A stretch of DNA of 64,000 nucleotides from Takakia lepidozioides (taxonomy: Eukaryota; Plantae; Bryophyta): positions 19,096,001 to 19,160,000 of the forward strand of contig CM060734.1 of the NCBI GenBank assembly GCA_030704615.1. The letters run 5' to 3'. Every line of letters begins with the position of its first letter. Position 1 is the first letter of the stretch. Positions 35,089-48,674 of this stretch are shown piece after piece. The position numbers and the translations under genes are program-made. The notes beneath the pieces are model-generated. The model was not told the origin of the DNA, did not search any database, and saw only the letters and a list, made by a program, of their open reading frames with translations.

Positions 35089-38000
35089 ATGGCATGGCCG
35101 GGAATGGAGCATAGTGGTATAGGGTCAGAATCTTGGAGGGTGTCTTCCATTCTGGCAGCTTTCGCAGATGTTTTGTTGGCCTTTCTTGTGCTTCTCAGTG
35201 CTATGATTACCTTTGTTACTTCACATTTTGTGCGGGTTTCTGGTTTGTATGTGCCTTGTTCCTGCTGGGCATATCGACAGGCGAGCAGTTCAAGAGATAA
35301 GGAAATAGTTTCACAGAGGAGCTCGGATTCCCACAATTCTGCGGCGAGTGGCCGCTGGTTATTTCGAAATCCTCTGGAGGTGAATCACGGAGATGTACTT
35401 TCTAGCTGCTCTTGCGAAATTGAAGAGAAAAGTAACGCAGACTGCAGGGACCTTTGTGAATTGGTAGGTGCAAGAGACTCAACTGGAGTACTAGAAGCAT
35501 TGATGGAAGATTCTTGTGAGGACGGGCGTGAAGCTGTTGATGTCGAAAGCAACTCCTTCGAAATGAGGAACGGCAACACAGCAAGTCGAGAGAGTGAGCT
35601 ACGAGAAGCACTTATAGCAGAGCGCGAGGCATTGACTGCTCTTTATCTGGAATTGGAGGAGGAAAGAAATGCATCAGCAACCGCTGCAAATGAAACCATG
35701 GCAATGATCACCCGGCTTCAAGAAGAGAAGGCTGCAGTGCAGATGGAATCCCGTCAGTATCAACGAATGATAGAGGAGAAAGCACGTTATGATCAAGATG
35801 CCATGGAGCGGTTGAAGGAACTGATTGGCAAGCGTGAAGAGGAGAAGTTGGCTTTAGTAGAGGAAGTAGGCCTTTATAGGCAGACATTATTGAGTGCTCG
35901 GATGGAGGATTTAGGGGAGGGACGGGGTGAGAGTATAGAAAGCGATTTGGTTCTACCTGGTGGGACTTGTGATAGTGATAAACCAGTGAAAGAGGAGTTT
36001 TCTTATTCTCCAGATGAGGCGTGGAGGGCTCAAGGTGAAACGGTTGCAGCTGAAGGACTTGAAAGTCACTTAGAAAGGTTGAAAAAGTTAGAGAATTGGA
36101 TGCTTAGTATTATGAGACGAAGGTCTCCAGAACCCTCCAGGAATCAGGTGGAGGAGACAGCCAGCTCATCTAGACACAGATGGAATACGCCCAGGTATGA
36201 AGTCTTGGAAGCACAACAAGAACCTGTTCTAGGCGATGAAGAAAATAGTGGAAAGGGGTTTCTGGTGCTTCAGCCGAGTAGGAGGGATGTTGAAACTATT
36301 CTGCCAGACATGGAAGGTAAAAGTATTAAAATGGCAAGGAACCGAGAGACACCTGGGGAGGATGGAGGAAATACCAGCTCTGATGCAAGCCGATGGAGCT
36401 CTCCTTCTACTTCAGGGGTGTCTCATGGGGTTTTTTTGAAAGGGTCGAGAGGTTTACAAGCTTCAGCAAATAGGACCATGGAAGAGCGGAAGTTTTCAGT
36501 GTTAGAATACGTTTCGAAATTGGAAGAGCAGAGTCATCAGCTGGGACGAAGGCGCACCAGCCAAGTTGGAAAGGGAAGGAGTGCTGTAGAGTTAAGAGCC
36601 ATGACACAGGGTGAGAGTGGGAGGAGCATGCACTCAGAGACGTCAAGGAAGATGGAGGCCATGATATCTGAGACAACAGGGGATGAGCCGCTGCGCAGGC
36701 AGCTTTCCGGAGAGGGGGAGAGGGGCGATACTAATTTACTTGCATCTCCATTGGTTGAAGAGGGAGATGACACGGATAGTCTTGGCCAGGCAATTGATCA
36801 GAGAGTGCGGGTTGCTTATGAAGGAGAATCAATGGGGAGGCTAAGGGCTGCTGGTGAAACAGGAGGAGAGGATGGTGGTGACGAAGCCTCCTTCATGCAT
36901 GATGTGTATGAGGTGCAGCATGCAAGGTATGAATCTCCAGGAGCTGTAAAATCCGAAAAATGGGTGTCTTTGGGACGAGATCAGCTGGGGAAGCCCAGTC
37001 TGTTATTCGTACAAGAAGATGACGAGAGAAAAAAGAGTGAACCAGGAGCTGAGACTGTGAGGATTGATCAACTTTCACTGCTATGTGATGAAACTGAAGG
37101 ATCTGGAACCAGCAAAGAGTGGGAGGGTTCGTGTGGGAGCTCAGGATATAGGGACTTGCAGATCCCCTGCATTACCATGGATGGTAATTCCAGGATGGTG
37201 GTTGAGGATGTGATAGAGCACTTGACTCTCAGGCTGAAGGCTTTAGAGGCCGATCGACATCTGATGAAACAGACAATTGATTCTCTGAGACGTGAGAATG
37301 GAGAGATGAAGATCCTTCAAGAAATTGTTAAAGAATTGCGGGAGTTCCGAACCCTGGAGAAGAAGGACTTGCGGCTGCAAGAGTCTTCGTCGTTCCAGGT
37401 ATGACAACACATCTTCAGTGGATCTCCCTTGTGCAGGAAGGTGAACCTGACTGTAATGGTGCCACTTGAAGGGCTTGTAGTTTGCATCGAAGTCGTTGAG
37501 CAATTAGGGCTAAATGCCATTTGCATGCATATGTGAAAGCACCCAAAAACACCTTATTGACTTAGCTCCCTTAGTCTCTGGTATGGGGCTAGGTGATAAT
37601 CTAGTAACTTCAGTCCACAGTCTCTGGTGTGAAATTTATGTGGGATGGTCCAGAGGTTTGAGTACGGAGGGGGGGTCATGAAGCCTGAAATCTGTGGGTG
37701 TTATAAGTTCTTCTTTGCAAGTGATCAACTCTAGAAGTGATACCATCAACCATCTCTCAAATTGGAAGAAGATTAGTAGAAATTATGAACTCTTCGGTCA
37801 TGCAGACATTCATTCAAACACTATGCAAGGATACCATGGTTCACGGTTCACTGTATGGAAGCCCTTGACCAAAGTCGTCCTCTTTGGATTCATAGATGCT
37901 CCCGACCAGCCTCATCACATCTCAAAAACACCGGGTGTGGGCATACACCGTGTTTGGATCTGTGGTGTCGGGACAGTGAAGTTCTATACAACACAACTTA

Positions 38001-39470
38001 TCTGGCGTCAATGGTGGGACTATCTCTTGTAGCCATGCACATAGATCAGCACCACTTTTGTTAACTATCAAGCACCACAGATACAACGTGTTTACAAGAA
38101 CATTGTCTCTCGGCATCTTCATGGTTAATGCATATGTAAGGGACAATTTCGGTAATCTGAGCACCAATGTGTACTATAGCTTAGTCAATTGAACATTTTA
38201 CCTAAATCATCATGTGATCAGGAAAGAAATGTGAAGTTTGTAGGAGAAACAAGAGAAACTCATTATCTGGGATGAAAGTGAAAGCTGGAGCTATCAGGTT
38301 TCAAATGAATTCGGGTAGGAAATAACAGACATGTGATGTTATGAAGTGCATGTCAAAGAATTTAGCAGTAGTTAAAAGTGTTTGTTCCTCCTTTCTTGCT
38401 GCAGTGAGAAATGATGTGGTCATAAGGCAATCTTTGGACCTTTCTCTGAATGGTTTTGTAGTTGATATGCAAGGTTTTTAACTTCAAGAGCCTTCCTTTC
38501 ATCCTTCCAGGAAGTGAGTGCACCTGTGGTAAGTTATAGAGAAATTGTGGTGATGAGGCTGGAGAGAAGGTTATTCCCCCTTTTTTCTTCTCCCCCCCCA
38601 TGAAATTTCCCATGTCACAACACATGCTCTGGTGATTTGGGCTGTGGGTGTACTGAGGCTCTGGTGGCTGTCTGCTGTGCATTGTGAAGAGACCGATATG
38701 CTTCACTCACTTGTGCAACATTATTCAAGCCCAGTTGAGCAAGTAAGTGGCTTGGCCTTCCTGCAGAACTGAGTGATCATATTGTGGTTTCAGATGTATT
38801 TTAACTGTCTTTGAAGAACCATTGATTATTTGTGTAACTAGTTAGCAGGCTGAGGTCTCCTCCACACCATTGAATTGACATGATGTAAACGATGGGTCCT
38901 CACCACAACAGACTTGATCCACTGTCAGCCTAGTCTTTTGTTTTATGCCTCGAAGTGTGTGCAGGCCAGAAAGTAGAGCATGGGAGCTGTCAGGCACCTC
39001 AACTATTCGGTGTGGCTGCTCTGATGGTGACTGTGATTTCACTTTCCGTTGGTTGGTATGGAGGTTCCAAGGCAAGACTTGGAACTACTTCATGGGCTTG
39101 TTTGCTATCTCCTTTTTCTGTTGCTAGGGGTGGATTGGTGTGGATGGTTCTATGAGGTAACCTTATTACTGTTCAAACATTCATCAGTAGTGATTGCGGC
39201 TTTTGTGTTTACAGGTTGGCACGATTATTCATGCGAGGTGTTGATACCGACACATGCCAAGGAGATGAGCACGTAGGCTTGTGTTGCCTGCTCGACACTT
39301 CCCCTGAGTCTCAATCAGGTAACTGTATTGGCCGTGTGCGTAAGGCCGATATAATTCCTGTTGTGTTGTCTGCTACTCAAACTGAGGCTTTGCCGTCTCA
39401 ACCCACCTCGATGTGGCTAACGGATGTCAGAACAAGGTCTGGAACAGCTCTCAGTGGCTCGGATTACTAG
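35089..39470 (+). CDS. Myosin-binding protein (MyoB family; GTD/zein-binding DUF593 domain); main exon 35089-37398, probable terminal exon 39215-39470
   Basis: N-terminal hydrophobic segment + LYVPCSC. DUF593 core LYLELEEERNASATAANETMAMITRLQEEKAAVQMESRQYQRMIEEKARYD. C-terminal coil LRLKALEADRHLMKQ. GT donor at 37399. The downstream exon has HVGLCCLLDTSP, similar to the MyoB C-terminal VGLxxLLD motif. A phase-bridging micro-exon is needed (candidate 39128-39156, uncertain). Confidence 0.85.
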
Positions 39471-40496
39471 CTTTCTGTCATCTTTGAACACCTGAGGTTA
39501 CTATGCCCCTGACCTTTTCCAAGAAGCTTTGGGTAAGCGGTGATCGATTGTGGATAGCCGTAACTTGTTTGTATACAATCGCTTCAGAGAAGCATGTTTT
39601 CTAGTCATTTCCCTGGAAGTTAAGAAGCATAGTGAAGAAACCAGGTCTGACAAGGACCACCAACAGGTGGGACTACAGAGTTCTTAACCATACACATTGC
39701 TGTACATATATACTTGTCCAAGATGAAAGATCTTGCCAGATATTCATGAGCCAAGACTTCAAATTCAATGCCGCAGTGGAATGTGGGCCCAGTTGGTAAT
39801 TTTGAGGATCTGATTCTGGACTCCCTCAGGATAGAGATACTGGTCTATTTTAGCTGAACCATTTTCTAATACAGAATTCTTTTGGGATCAGTGGAGCTGA
39901 AGTGCCCTGTTTTGTTTTCTTGCTCTCTACCTCTCTCATTTTTGTCGTCAGGTTGACTGTTAATATGAGGATGGATACTAGGTTAACTCACAGCGCAGTG
40001 TATGTCCGCACAAAGCATACATACGGATAGCTACAGAAATGGTTAAAACAGGGCGGGGCTTGAAAGCTGAAAGTGTATGCAATGTCGTTGCACACACTAA
40101 AACTGACCATTGAAAACTGATTGAATGACGTGTATCTGTGTAATCTATGAGAAGTGAACTTATTTCAACTGAGGATGTGCAGGTTGCCTGTACAGAAATG
40201 ATCCATAATACATGCCATTTCTAGTAACAGGTTTGTGACAGAAACTACCCACAATTGCATAGGAGGTAGACATCTTGCAGGATACAATGGCGGATAATTT
40301 GCACAAGCACAGTACCTAGAGTCCCCAAACTCTCTTCAACCACTCAGACGCAATCAGCCCTCTTCTGGATGCGGCTCAATTGCCCACCTCCTTTCCATTC
40401 ATACTTCCCTCACTATACCTATACTCTCCTCTCCACACAACTTATGTGTGCGTGGCATGTAATTATTCCACTAGTCACGTGGAGAAGGAGGCCATT

Positions 40497-41301
40497 GGCC
40501 CACTTTACACGAGGGCCTGGGTCCAGGAAATCATGGGCCCAAGCTTAGAGCTTTTGGGCCCACAATTGGGCTGAATGAACTGATTAAAATATAATTTTTA
40601 AGGAATTGGCCCTCTCCATGTAAACCTATTGGGCCCAAGCCTAAGGCCCAACCTACACTATGTCAGGCACTCTCCCGCCCCCTCCACTGTCTCTCTTCTT
40701 CACTTCGCGATGTCTCCCATCAAATCTTGAATCCTTGAATCATGGAAGCAAGAAGTAATAATATTCCTATGGCCTTGGTCCTCTTCATGGCCTTAAGCAC
40801 ATGATTATAACCATTTTGGCATTGCAACAACTTAGTATAAACGATTGCAATATGCTAGATTGTTGATGATTTCATCATGGAAAGAGAAGGTCCAAGAGAT
40901 AGAGAGGGCTGATGATTCTACATGGCAGCACCTGTGTCGCGTGGTGGCCGTTGAGAGTCTCTAGTCTCTACATGCGTCTCTCTAGTCCCTACGTGCGTAC
41001 AACCCCATCTGTGACCTGTTTCCATCCTACGGCTGTGATAGGCTTAAACAAATATATTTTAATACGAGGTTTCTTGGGCCCAGGGAAAGAGTTGGGTCTC
41101 CATCCGAGGAGTGTTCCTTTTGTTGGGCTGGGCCCAAGAATTTGGCGCCATAAATCATGCCATCTAGGCAGCCATGTCATTTTCTTGGTCTTGGGCCCGG
41201 ACCCTCGTGTAAACTGCTTGGGCCCGATTTGAGGCTCTTGACCAATAGGATTTCTTGTTTCTAGCTTGGTCTTGGGCCCGGGCCCTCATGTAAACTGGCC
41301 C
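40497..41301. mobile_element. Putative PIF/Harbinger-derived MITE (~805 bp)
   Basis: Imperfect 21-bp TIR GGCCCACTTTACACGAGGGCC vs GGCCCTCATGTAAACTGGCCC (18/21). An internal extra TIR-like copy lies at 41194-41213 and there are many GGGCCC subrepeats. The TSD is not conserved. Confidence 0.55.
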
Positions 41302-41839
41302 TCAGCCATGTTGCCCATAACTTACTTGAGTCAATTGTCAGAGGTCAACCAGCTATAAATTGGTAGTAATGTAAGAACTGCGGTGACTTGCCTCATCATG
41401 GCTCCTGGAAGTTAAATTTTCCTCGTTTTTCAATCCATTCAGGGTTTCATGTTTCATCCCCTTTTCAAAAAAAGTCAAAGAATATAAGCTTGCCAAAAAT
41501 TAGTGAAAAGAATCAAAACCCTTTGCGGAGTCCCTTATTAGAAGGCCGGGCCAATAAAAGGAGGGGGAAATAATAACCCCCTTTCATTTATGAGCTATTG
41601 GAGGCATATAGGAGACACAACACCACACAGGACAAGGCAGCAGGGTTTGAACCCCGCGTCACCTGGGTGGCACACAGTGCACTATAGTATCCAAATGTGC
41701 ACTGCTACCAAATAACTTATAAGACAAATATTAATAGGAAAAGAAGTATGCTCCTCCATGGTCTTGAGGTTTTGTTTTTCCTCGCCTTTCAATGCTATGG
41801 AATACTTTTGACCACAAGCCCTATCCCTGTTCCACCCCG

Positions 41840-42240
41840 TCACTGTCCCTGTCACACCCATAACAAACCCTGTCACACCCCTAACAAACCCTGTCACACC
41901 CATAACAACATCAACGTGATGTTCTTCACAACGAGTTGTTATGGGTGTGACAGGGTTTGTTATGGGTGTAGATGTGGTCAAAAAGTATTCTCTAAGTGTG
42001 TACCATTTGACCACATCTACACCCTTCAATACATCAACGTGATGTGCCAAAAGATGCTTCAAACCAAAGCATCTTCCCAAATATGCTTTCATACATGTTA
42101 ACAACCACTACTGGTGCTTGTTATCAACGAGTTGTTATCAAATAACAACGAGTTGTTCCGAACAACCCACTTGTTAACAACTAGTTGTTCCCAACATCCC
42201 ACTTGTTATTAACCTACTTGTTCCCAACAACCACTTGTTC
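41840..42240. repeat. Short direct and inverted repeats (CCTGTCACACCCATAACAAAC x3 with inverted copies; ACAACGAGTTGTT palindromes)
   Basis: Direct units at 41848-41910, reverse complement at 41936-41970, and repeated CAACGAGTTG/CCACTTGTT to 42240. Confidence 0.65.
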
Positions 42241-42394
42241 CCATCCATTTCCAGGAGGCATTCATATTCATTACATGGTCATGCCACACATACCATGTCA
42301 TAATATCAAATCCATGATTTCAGATGCCTATGTATATCTCATGCCACACATGAGTATTTTATTGCCCCGCATATCCAATTGCCACTCTGAATGA

Positions 42395-43330
42395 AGTGGG
42401 GCCCACGGGCCCGCTCAGGCGACTGCCAGTCGCCCGGCACTCTCATTCTAACCCTGGGCGACCGCCCCATCGGTCGCCCCGCCGTAGAGGCGACCGTCGA
42501 AGCCGTCGCCCACCGTTACCCTGTCCGCTTCCCGCCCCGCCTGGACCGCCATCCCGGACAGCCATCCCGGACCACCTGCCCGGACCGCCGAGCGCCGACG
42601 TGCCCTAGGCGACTGCCCCAGCGGTCGCCCCACCGTAGAGGCAACCGACGAAGCCGTCGCCCACCGTACCCTGTCCGCTTCCCGACCCGCCGGGCAACGG
42701 CCCCGCCCGTCGCCCATTCTCTTGCGGCCCACCCGCGGGCCCCACCGAGGACCGCCAGCCCGGATAGCCATCCCGGACCGCCTACCCGGACCGCCGAGCG
42801 CCGACGTGGACCGCCCAGGAAATCGGTCCGCTTCGTCAGCCCTGTGGGTGTCTCGAAGAACGGTACTCGCAACGCACACCCTTGCAAAGGTATCACCTAC
42901 AGATCGTCGCCCTGTTGCATACACCAGCAGAGGTATAGTCTGGAATCCACTGTCTACATCCCTGCCGTGGTATCGCGTGTAAGTCCATGCCCTGTTTCAA
43001 GGACACAGCAGAGGCATGGTCCGTGAGTCACAGCGTATATCCTTTAAGAGGTATCACCGGGAGCCTCCATTTTCGGACGGTCGCCGCGTGTTTCTCAAAA
43101 ATGCTGAACCCGCCAAGTCCTGTGCTCGCGGGCCTATATTCTTTAGGCGGGCGACCGCGAATATGGTCGCCCATTGCCATCCGTAAACGGGCGACTGTTA
43201 TTAAGGTGAAGCATGAACGTGCCCGCCACTTCCTGCACCTCCCGACCACCCATCAGATGGGGGACCCCTGTTACAGTCGCCCGTGGTCATGCTTAAAAGG
43301 GCGACTGTCAACGGCTGTCACCCGTAATGA
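42395..43330. repeat. GC-rich GGGCGACCG/CGGTCGCCC motif cluster with ~150-bp direct duplication (likely DNA-transposon subterminal region)
   Basis: 42471-42600 resembles 42622-42805. The same motif family occurs at 48675-49480. Confidence 0.6.
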
Positions 43331-44912
43331 AGGTGAAGCTGGAACACCATTTGAGGGTGATGTGTGGATGTCTTTCACTGCACACTCTTTGTAAGGGTAT
43401 CAGCTGAAAAACAACGTCCTGTTGCATATACCAGTAGAGGTATAGTCTGTCACAAGCAGATGACATCCTTGTAAGGATATTACCCTTAAATTTATGCCCT
43501 GTTCTATACCCCAAGAGAGGTGGACTCTGTTAGTCACAAGTTTACGTCGTTCCAGAGGCATCACCCCGGAATCATATGCCTGTTTCATGGAACATGGTGG
43601 TCCTAGGGATGGCCAATGTGATTGCGTCTTCATATTTTGATTTTCATAGGGATTTGGAGGCTTCAAAGTCGTCCCATTTCAGTATGTTAGCAAGGGAAGT
43701 TTTATTGGGCTAGGTGTGGGGGGGGGGGGGGGGGGCTGGGCTGCACTTGTGAGGATGGGAAGGTCATGATATATGTAGATGATACTGGCATCTGAAATTT
43801 ACTGTTAAATAGCACCTCAATCAGCGGTTGCACATGCAGCAAGGATTAGTAGGCAAATATGCAGTTTAAGATCAAAGATGTTGAGGAACAGGCTGTTTTG
43901 ATTCCCAACCATTACCCTACACCACTCCCACTCCCATTGTCAATGAAGTAGCCACTTGTCTCGATGTTTGTTGCTTCTACTCCAACAGCCTCAAGTATGC
44001 TCGCATTCCTGCTTCATATATTCATGCGTCTCTACAGTCCATCGTCAATGTCTAACGCACCAAATAAGAGGCTCCATCAGCAACTTTGCCTACTTCGCCT
44101 GGCGTAGTGTGTTGCCATATATTTTGTCATTCCTAGGTGGTTTAAAAATTGGTTGATTAGTCTAATAAATTTAATAGTCCCAACCAGGTACACATTCTTG
44201 GTTTGGGCAGAATGCAACAAATAGGGGAAAGTAGGGGTGCCAACGATGGAGCTCCGTAGTTTGAGATTGGTGAAGGCTGAGGACTTAGAATTTTCTCTAA
44301 GTCATCTTCTTGCTCATACATCTGCCTCTAGCCCCCACACCCCTCTCTCCACATCCAAGCATTGAAATACGACACTGCTCTTGTCAAATGCTTGATTGTA
44401 AGGCGTTGCCACAGTGCGGCGAGTCTTGATCCAGGAACAGCACTTGGAACCGTCGTCAGCGTAAAATGATCCATTTATGACTCCCTACTTTCTCGCCTCT
44501 TGCTCTCTTTCTTTCTTCTCTCTCTTCTCTATCTTTGCTCTCATCCTCTCTCATATTCTCTCTCTTTGCCGCGCGCCATCGCCGTCTCCACCCCAATATA
44601 GCATAATCCAAACGTCAAAGGAGGGTTGACCAGGAAAGAGACTGATCGACATCACCCTCGCCAGATTGAAACCCAATCTCACATACTCTGATTTGCCCCA
44701 AAGCCAAATCAGCCCTCTCGCTTGATCTTTTACTCTTCCGCACCATGGAAGCTCGTATTCCCAAGGCCAGTTCTCAGATTCGCCGCCAGAGCCACTATAA
44801 CCTGCTCTTGACTGATCCTCTTCCCAATCGTGCTTGCTTATGCATGTACACAATCTGAAACCATCAAGGTGCTCTAGAATTAGCATGGTGCTTTCATCTC
44901 TGAAGCTGAAGA

Positions 44913-47335
44913 TCAAATGCCAAGGTCTACCACCTCGTAACCCACATCGCCTCCGCTCCTAACAACCAAGAGCTCCACGGGTCTCCTACAGCGGCATGTG
45001 CAACATGCTGTAGCACGTAGCAGCCGTGGGGAGTTGGTTTGTGGGCAAGTTGGGTTGGCCTTCGATCTTGATGTCTTCGTACGAGAAGAAAGAGGAGCCG
45101 CCGATGAATTTGAAAAGTTGCGATGTCTCGAACACAGTCTTTGAACCGCTCCTGTGCATAAACACGCAAGGTCACGTTGTGTCATGTGAACAAAAATGAA
45201 CAAAACAATGAGGTGTTTGCGTATGCGATAGAGTGGTTGTAGGATGCCTACCTCAACTAGTGGAGGCACATCCACGAACGTGCAAATGTTTACAAATGCC
45301 TCCGCATCCACAAGCCGCTCGCCGGTAAACACTTCTGTTATCATTGCAGGCGCTATGCTTTGCAACTCTTGTAAGATGAGCTTCCGGTCCCATGCCAAGA
45401 CGCCGTTGTTGTTGATGACTCCTCTCATTGAGAACTGAAAGCCTTCTCGCACGGCTTCTCCTGCCGATCGCACACTTGAAGAACAGCGCTCGGAAGACCA
45501 TGTTCCTGACCACTTTCATGACCTCATCTGCAAATGTAGGCCCAACTGCAAGGGTTAACATTCCCGCTGCAGATTCTGCACACACGACGGATCCTCGCAC
45601 ATGACCATCTTCGCTGCCCTTTGAGCTTGATCCCCCTTGGCAACCATGCATGCCTGCATTGCCGACCATTGTGTAGGAAAGAGTTTGGAGTAGTCCTCTT
45701 TCCACATGTCAACCATGGGATCCGTTGCATTGCTAGGCAACTTGCCACACGCATGAGCTAGAATAGACAATGACATCAAACCAACAACCTTGACTCCATA
45801 TAGCGCCATCAAGAACAACAAATGTCCGAAAAACTGGAAGGTTCCTCTCTTCACCTCCACAAACGCTCGAGGACACGGCTTCAACTTCAACATGCTACTA
45901 TCAGGCATACTTACAAACACCTCTCCGCATAGCTGCATGCATCGTTCGGTGTTTTAGTGGGCAATGAATGCACTGCTAAGTCAGAACCTAAGCCTTCAAA
46001 ATGATGTGTGTACAAGCATGCATTCAGATGACAAGTTCAGGAGACACGTACCCCCGGATCGTTGAAAAATTGCGTCCACGCCTCTAAGAGGGCTTATCGT
46101 AGTGGACCTCCTAAATCCACCGTTCCATCCTCCACAAGAGTAAACTCATCTCTTCCCAGCATGTACTCTATTCGAAGTGAAGTAAATGGCGATGAGGATG
46201 ACTTGTCAGCCATAAATTGTCGTTGCAGATCTCGCATTTCGCTCCCCTTCGAAACCTGTAACATGCATATGAGACTCGTACTGAGAGCAGGATAGGCGAG
46301 TAGCTCACACATATGATTGTATCACGTGCTACACTATAGAGGATCGATTGACAACTTGGTCGCAACAATGAAGGTAATGAGCCTTAGACATTTGGAGTTT
46401 GGTTTTACCTTCAACGTAAGAGGTGGTAGTTGAGAAATGGTCTGTCGATACTTCCTCAGTACTACGGTGCGGAAATGACATATCTGAAGATTGGACCAAG
46501 CTTCTTTCTGGCGCCGGTACTTTGTCAAAAATGCAACCTCCTCAGCACCATGACCTTCATGGAGTTGTGCGTCCCGCCACGCTGACAACCGCTCTACCGT
46601 CCCATGCAAGGTGTCTTCGGGGAAGACATCCTCAACCGGTGTTCTGGTGATCAAATCCATGACCGCTGGCAATGCCAACTCCGTCACTCATGCTTCTTCT
46701 CCTAGTATGCCCTCGATCTGATCCCACTGCTTCCAGTCAGGATGGGCTTGTACTGCAAATGCTTGCAACGCTTTTGCCTCTGAAAAGAGACTCATAGATG
46801 GATGCAACAGTATCCATGGCAAAATCGATGGATCGCTCACACCCCGGTTTTGCACCATCCGTTTCACAAGCAACTTGAACACCTCCAGCACTTCCTCATT
46901 CTCGATCTCGTGCATGCGTACCCAGGCTTCTTTAAATGCATGCCAAAACCGAGCTCGGTTGTCGGTTGACACCATCTCATCATGTACCAAAACCAAACCA
47001 CATTTCAGCGTACAATGCATTCGCTTAATACGGTTTTTGCGCTACACAAAGACAAATGCTTCTACACTACTGTTGTGGTTCTATCAGACAAGAATATAAT
47101 GTCTGGGTATACGTGCTGGGGTATACTTTGTTGTTGTCATGTTTTGCATGTATCCTACCAGAATTTCATAACGGGGGGGGTGGGTGGGTTGTGTGTGTTT
47201 AACATAACGTACCAAATCTGTTGTTGAAATGGTCACATGTGATGCCAACGCAGCGTCCGCTTCCTCAAACTCCATTTGGTGCTTGTGCAACTCCCTGTCG
47301 TCGAATGAATTCCCTTTGTTGGAGACTTCTTCAAT
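44913..47335 (-). pseudogene. Degenerate multi-exon HECT-type E3 ubiquitin ligase gene
   Basis: DGTVDLGGPLR (46094-46130), FQFFGHLLFLMALYG, AVREGFQ..EVFTGERLVD, and C-lobe LFKFIGGS..LPTAATCYSMLHMPL with the catalytic Cys at 45013-45015. GT-AG introns, several stops and frameshifts. The 5' end is cut by a LINE fragment. Confidence 0.72.
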
Positions 47336-47340
47336 GGGCA

Positions 47341-48670
47341 ACCCTAACCCTGATTCTACACATCCAAAACCCCTGGCATACAGCCATACCGCCATCTTTC
47401 TTTTCTCAGCTCGAACAATTGTTCACCATCACTCATAAAATAAAGGCCACCATCCATTATCCAACCATCCTCTCCCACACCCATACACCCACCACATTGT
47501 CCCGGATCAAAACCAACAAAGCTTGGAACATTGCGACACCGCGCCCTTCCCAGGTCGCGCCAACAACACCTCTATCCCCAATCCCTGCAATATATCAACA
47601 AAACACCATCCCCAGATACCCACTGGCCAATTCACATTACACTGACGGATCCCTCACCAAACCTAATGTCGGGTATGGAATCTATCACGCCGGCACCAGT
47701 CAAGGCGTTGCCATCAGGCTCCCTGGCCCTGCCACCATCCTCCGGGCTGAACTCATGGCCATTTATGACGTCCCCTCTCTACTTGACACCTCCCCCCCCC
47801 CCCCCCCCCCCACACTACATCTTCACCGACAGCCTTACCTCACTATTCCTCATTCGCAACCACATCTCCCACCCCTCTGCCCATCATCATCACCCCGACC
47901 GCAACCTCATTGCCGCTATTGTCTAGAGGGCCACCTCCCTAGGCCACCCAGTCCATATACTCAAAGTCTGTTCGCATACTGGCATCCATGATAATGAAGA
48001 AGCAGACCTACTCGCCCAACTCGGTGCCTCCCAACCCATAGTTGAACCCTCGAACGACCCTATTCACATCGCCCACACCCATCCCTTCTGGTTCATACAC
48101 CCCGTTCCGGACCCCCCTGCACCCAGACCAGTCCGAAACCTCCTGACCACTCTGACCAGAGAAGCAAATAAACAAGCGGCAACCTCCATCAGCCATACCA
48201 AAGTATACATCCAAAAATGGACTCAATCCAATGTACTGCACCATAAACTCTCCAATCATTTCTGGCTAACCAAAGCCACCACTGACGCACATATCCGACA
48301 AACACTCAAATTCCAATATGCCCAATACATGGGCCACCAGCGCAAACACATCTTATGGCCACATCTGTTCCCATCCCCATACTGCCCGTTATGTGCAACC
48401 ACCAACCAAGCTCGTGACACTTGGCCACATCTCCTTAGCCAATGTACACACCCAGTTATACATGGCTTGCATATCATGCGTCATAACCAGGCAGTCTGGC
48501 ACCTCCACAAGCTCTTTCTAAAACGTGCTGAAACCCGTTGGTTCTCGCTCATGAATGCAGGCACCTAGCAGGGACGGCCACCCGACCACACAGTACCACC
48601 GTGGCTACTACCATGCACATGTACCCGATCACCATGCTAATGCCCCGCTCGACTTTGCCCGGACATACTC
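47341..48670 (+). mobile_element. Second internal fragment of the Dualen/RandI-like LINE (RNase H-Zn knuckle-RLE start)
   Basis: Near-identical to 5746-7066, with extra stops (TAG 47924-47926, TAG 48566-48568) and a 20-C run at 47792-47811. Confidence 0.85.
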
Positions 48671-48674
48671 CCCT

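Noticed and set aside
41575-41685. tRNA/SINE-like B box GGTTCAAACCC on the minus strand
   Set aside because: No A box, cloverleaf, tail or TSD; too weak to call.
42391-43026. 211-aa Pro/Arg-rich ORF and its antisense ORFs
   Set aside because: Stop-poor GC-rich repeat DNA with no domain signal.
43718-43735. G18 homopolymer (possible G-quadruplex)
   Set aside because: Isolated simple repeat with no supporting context.
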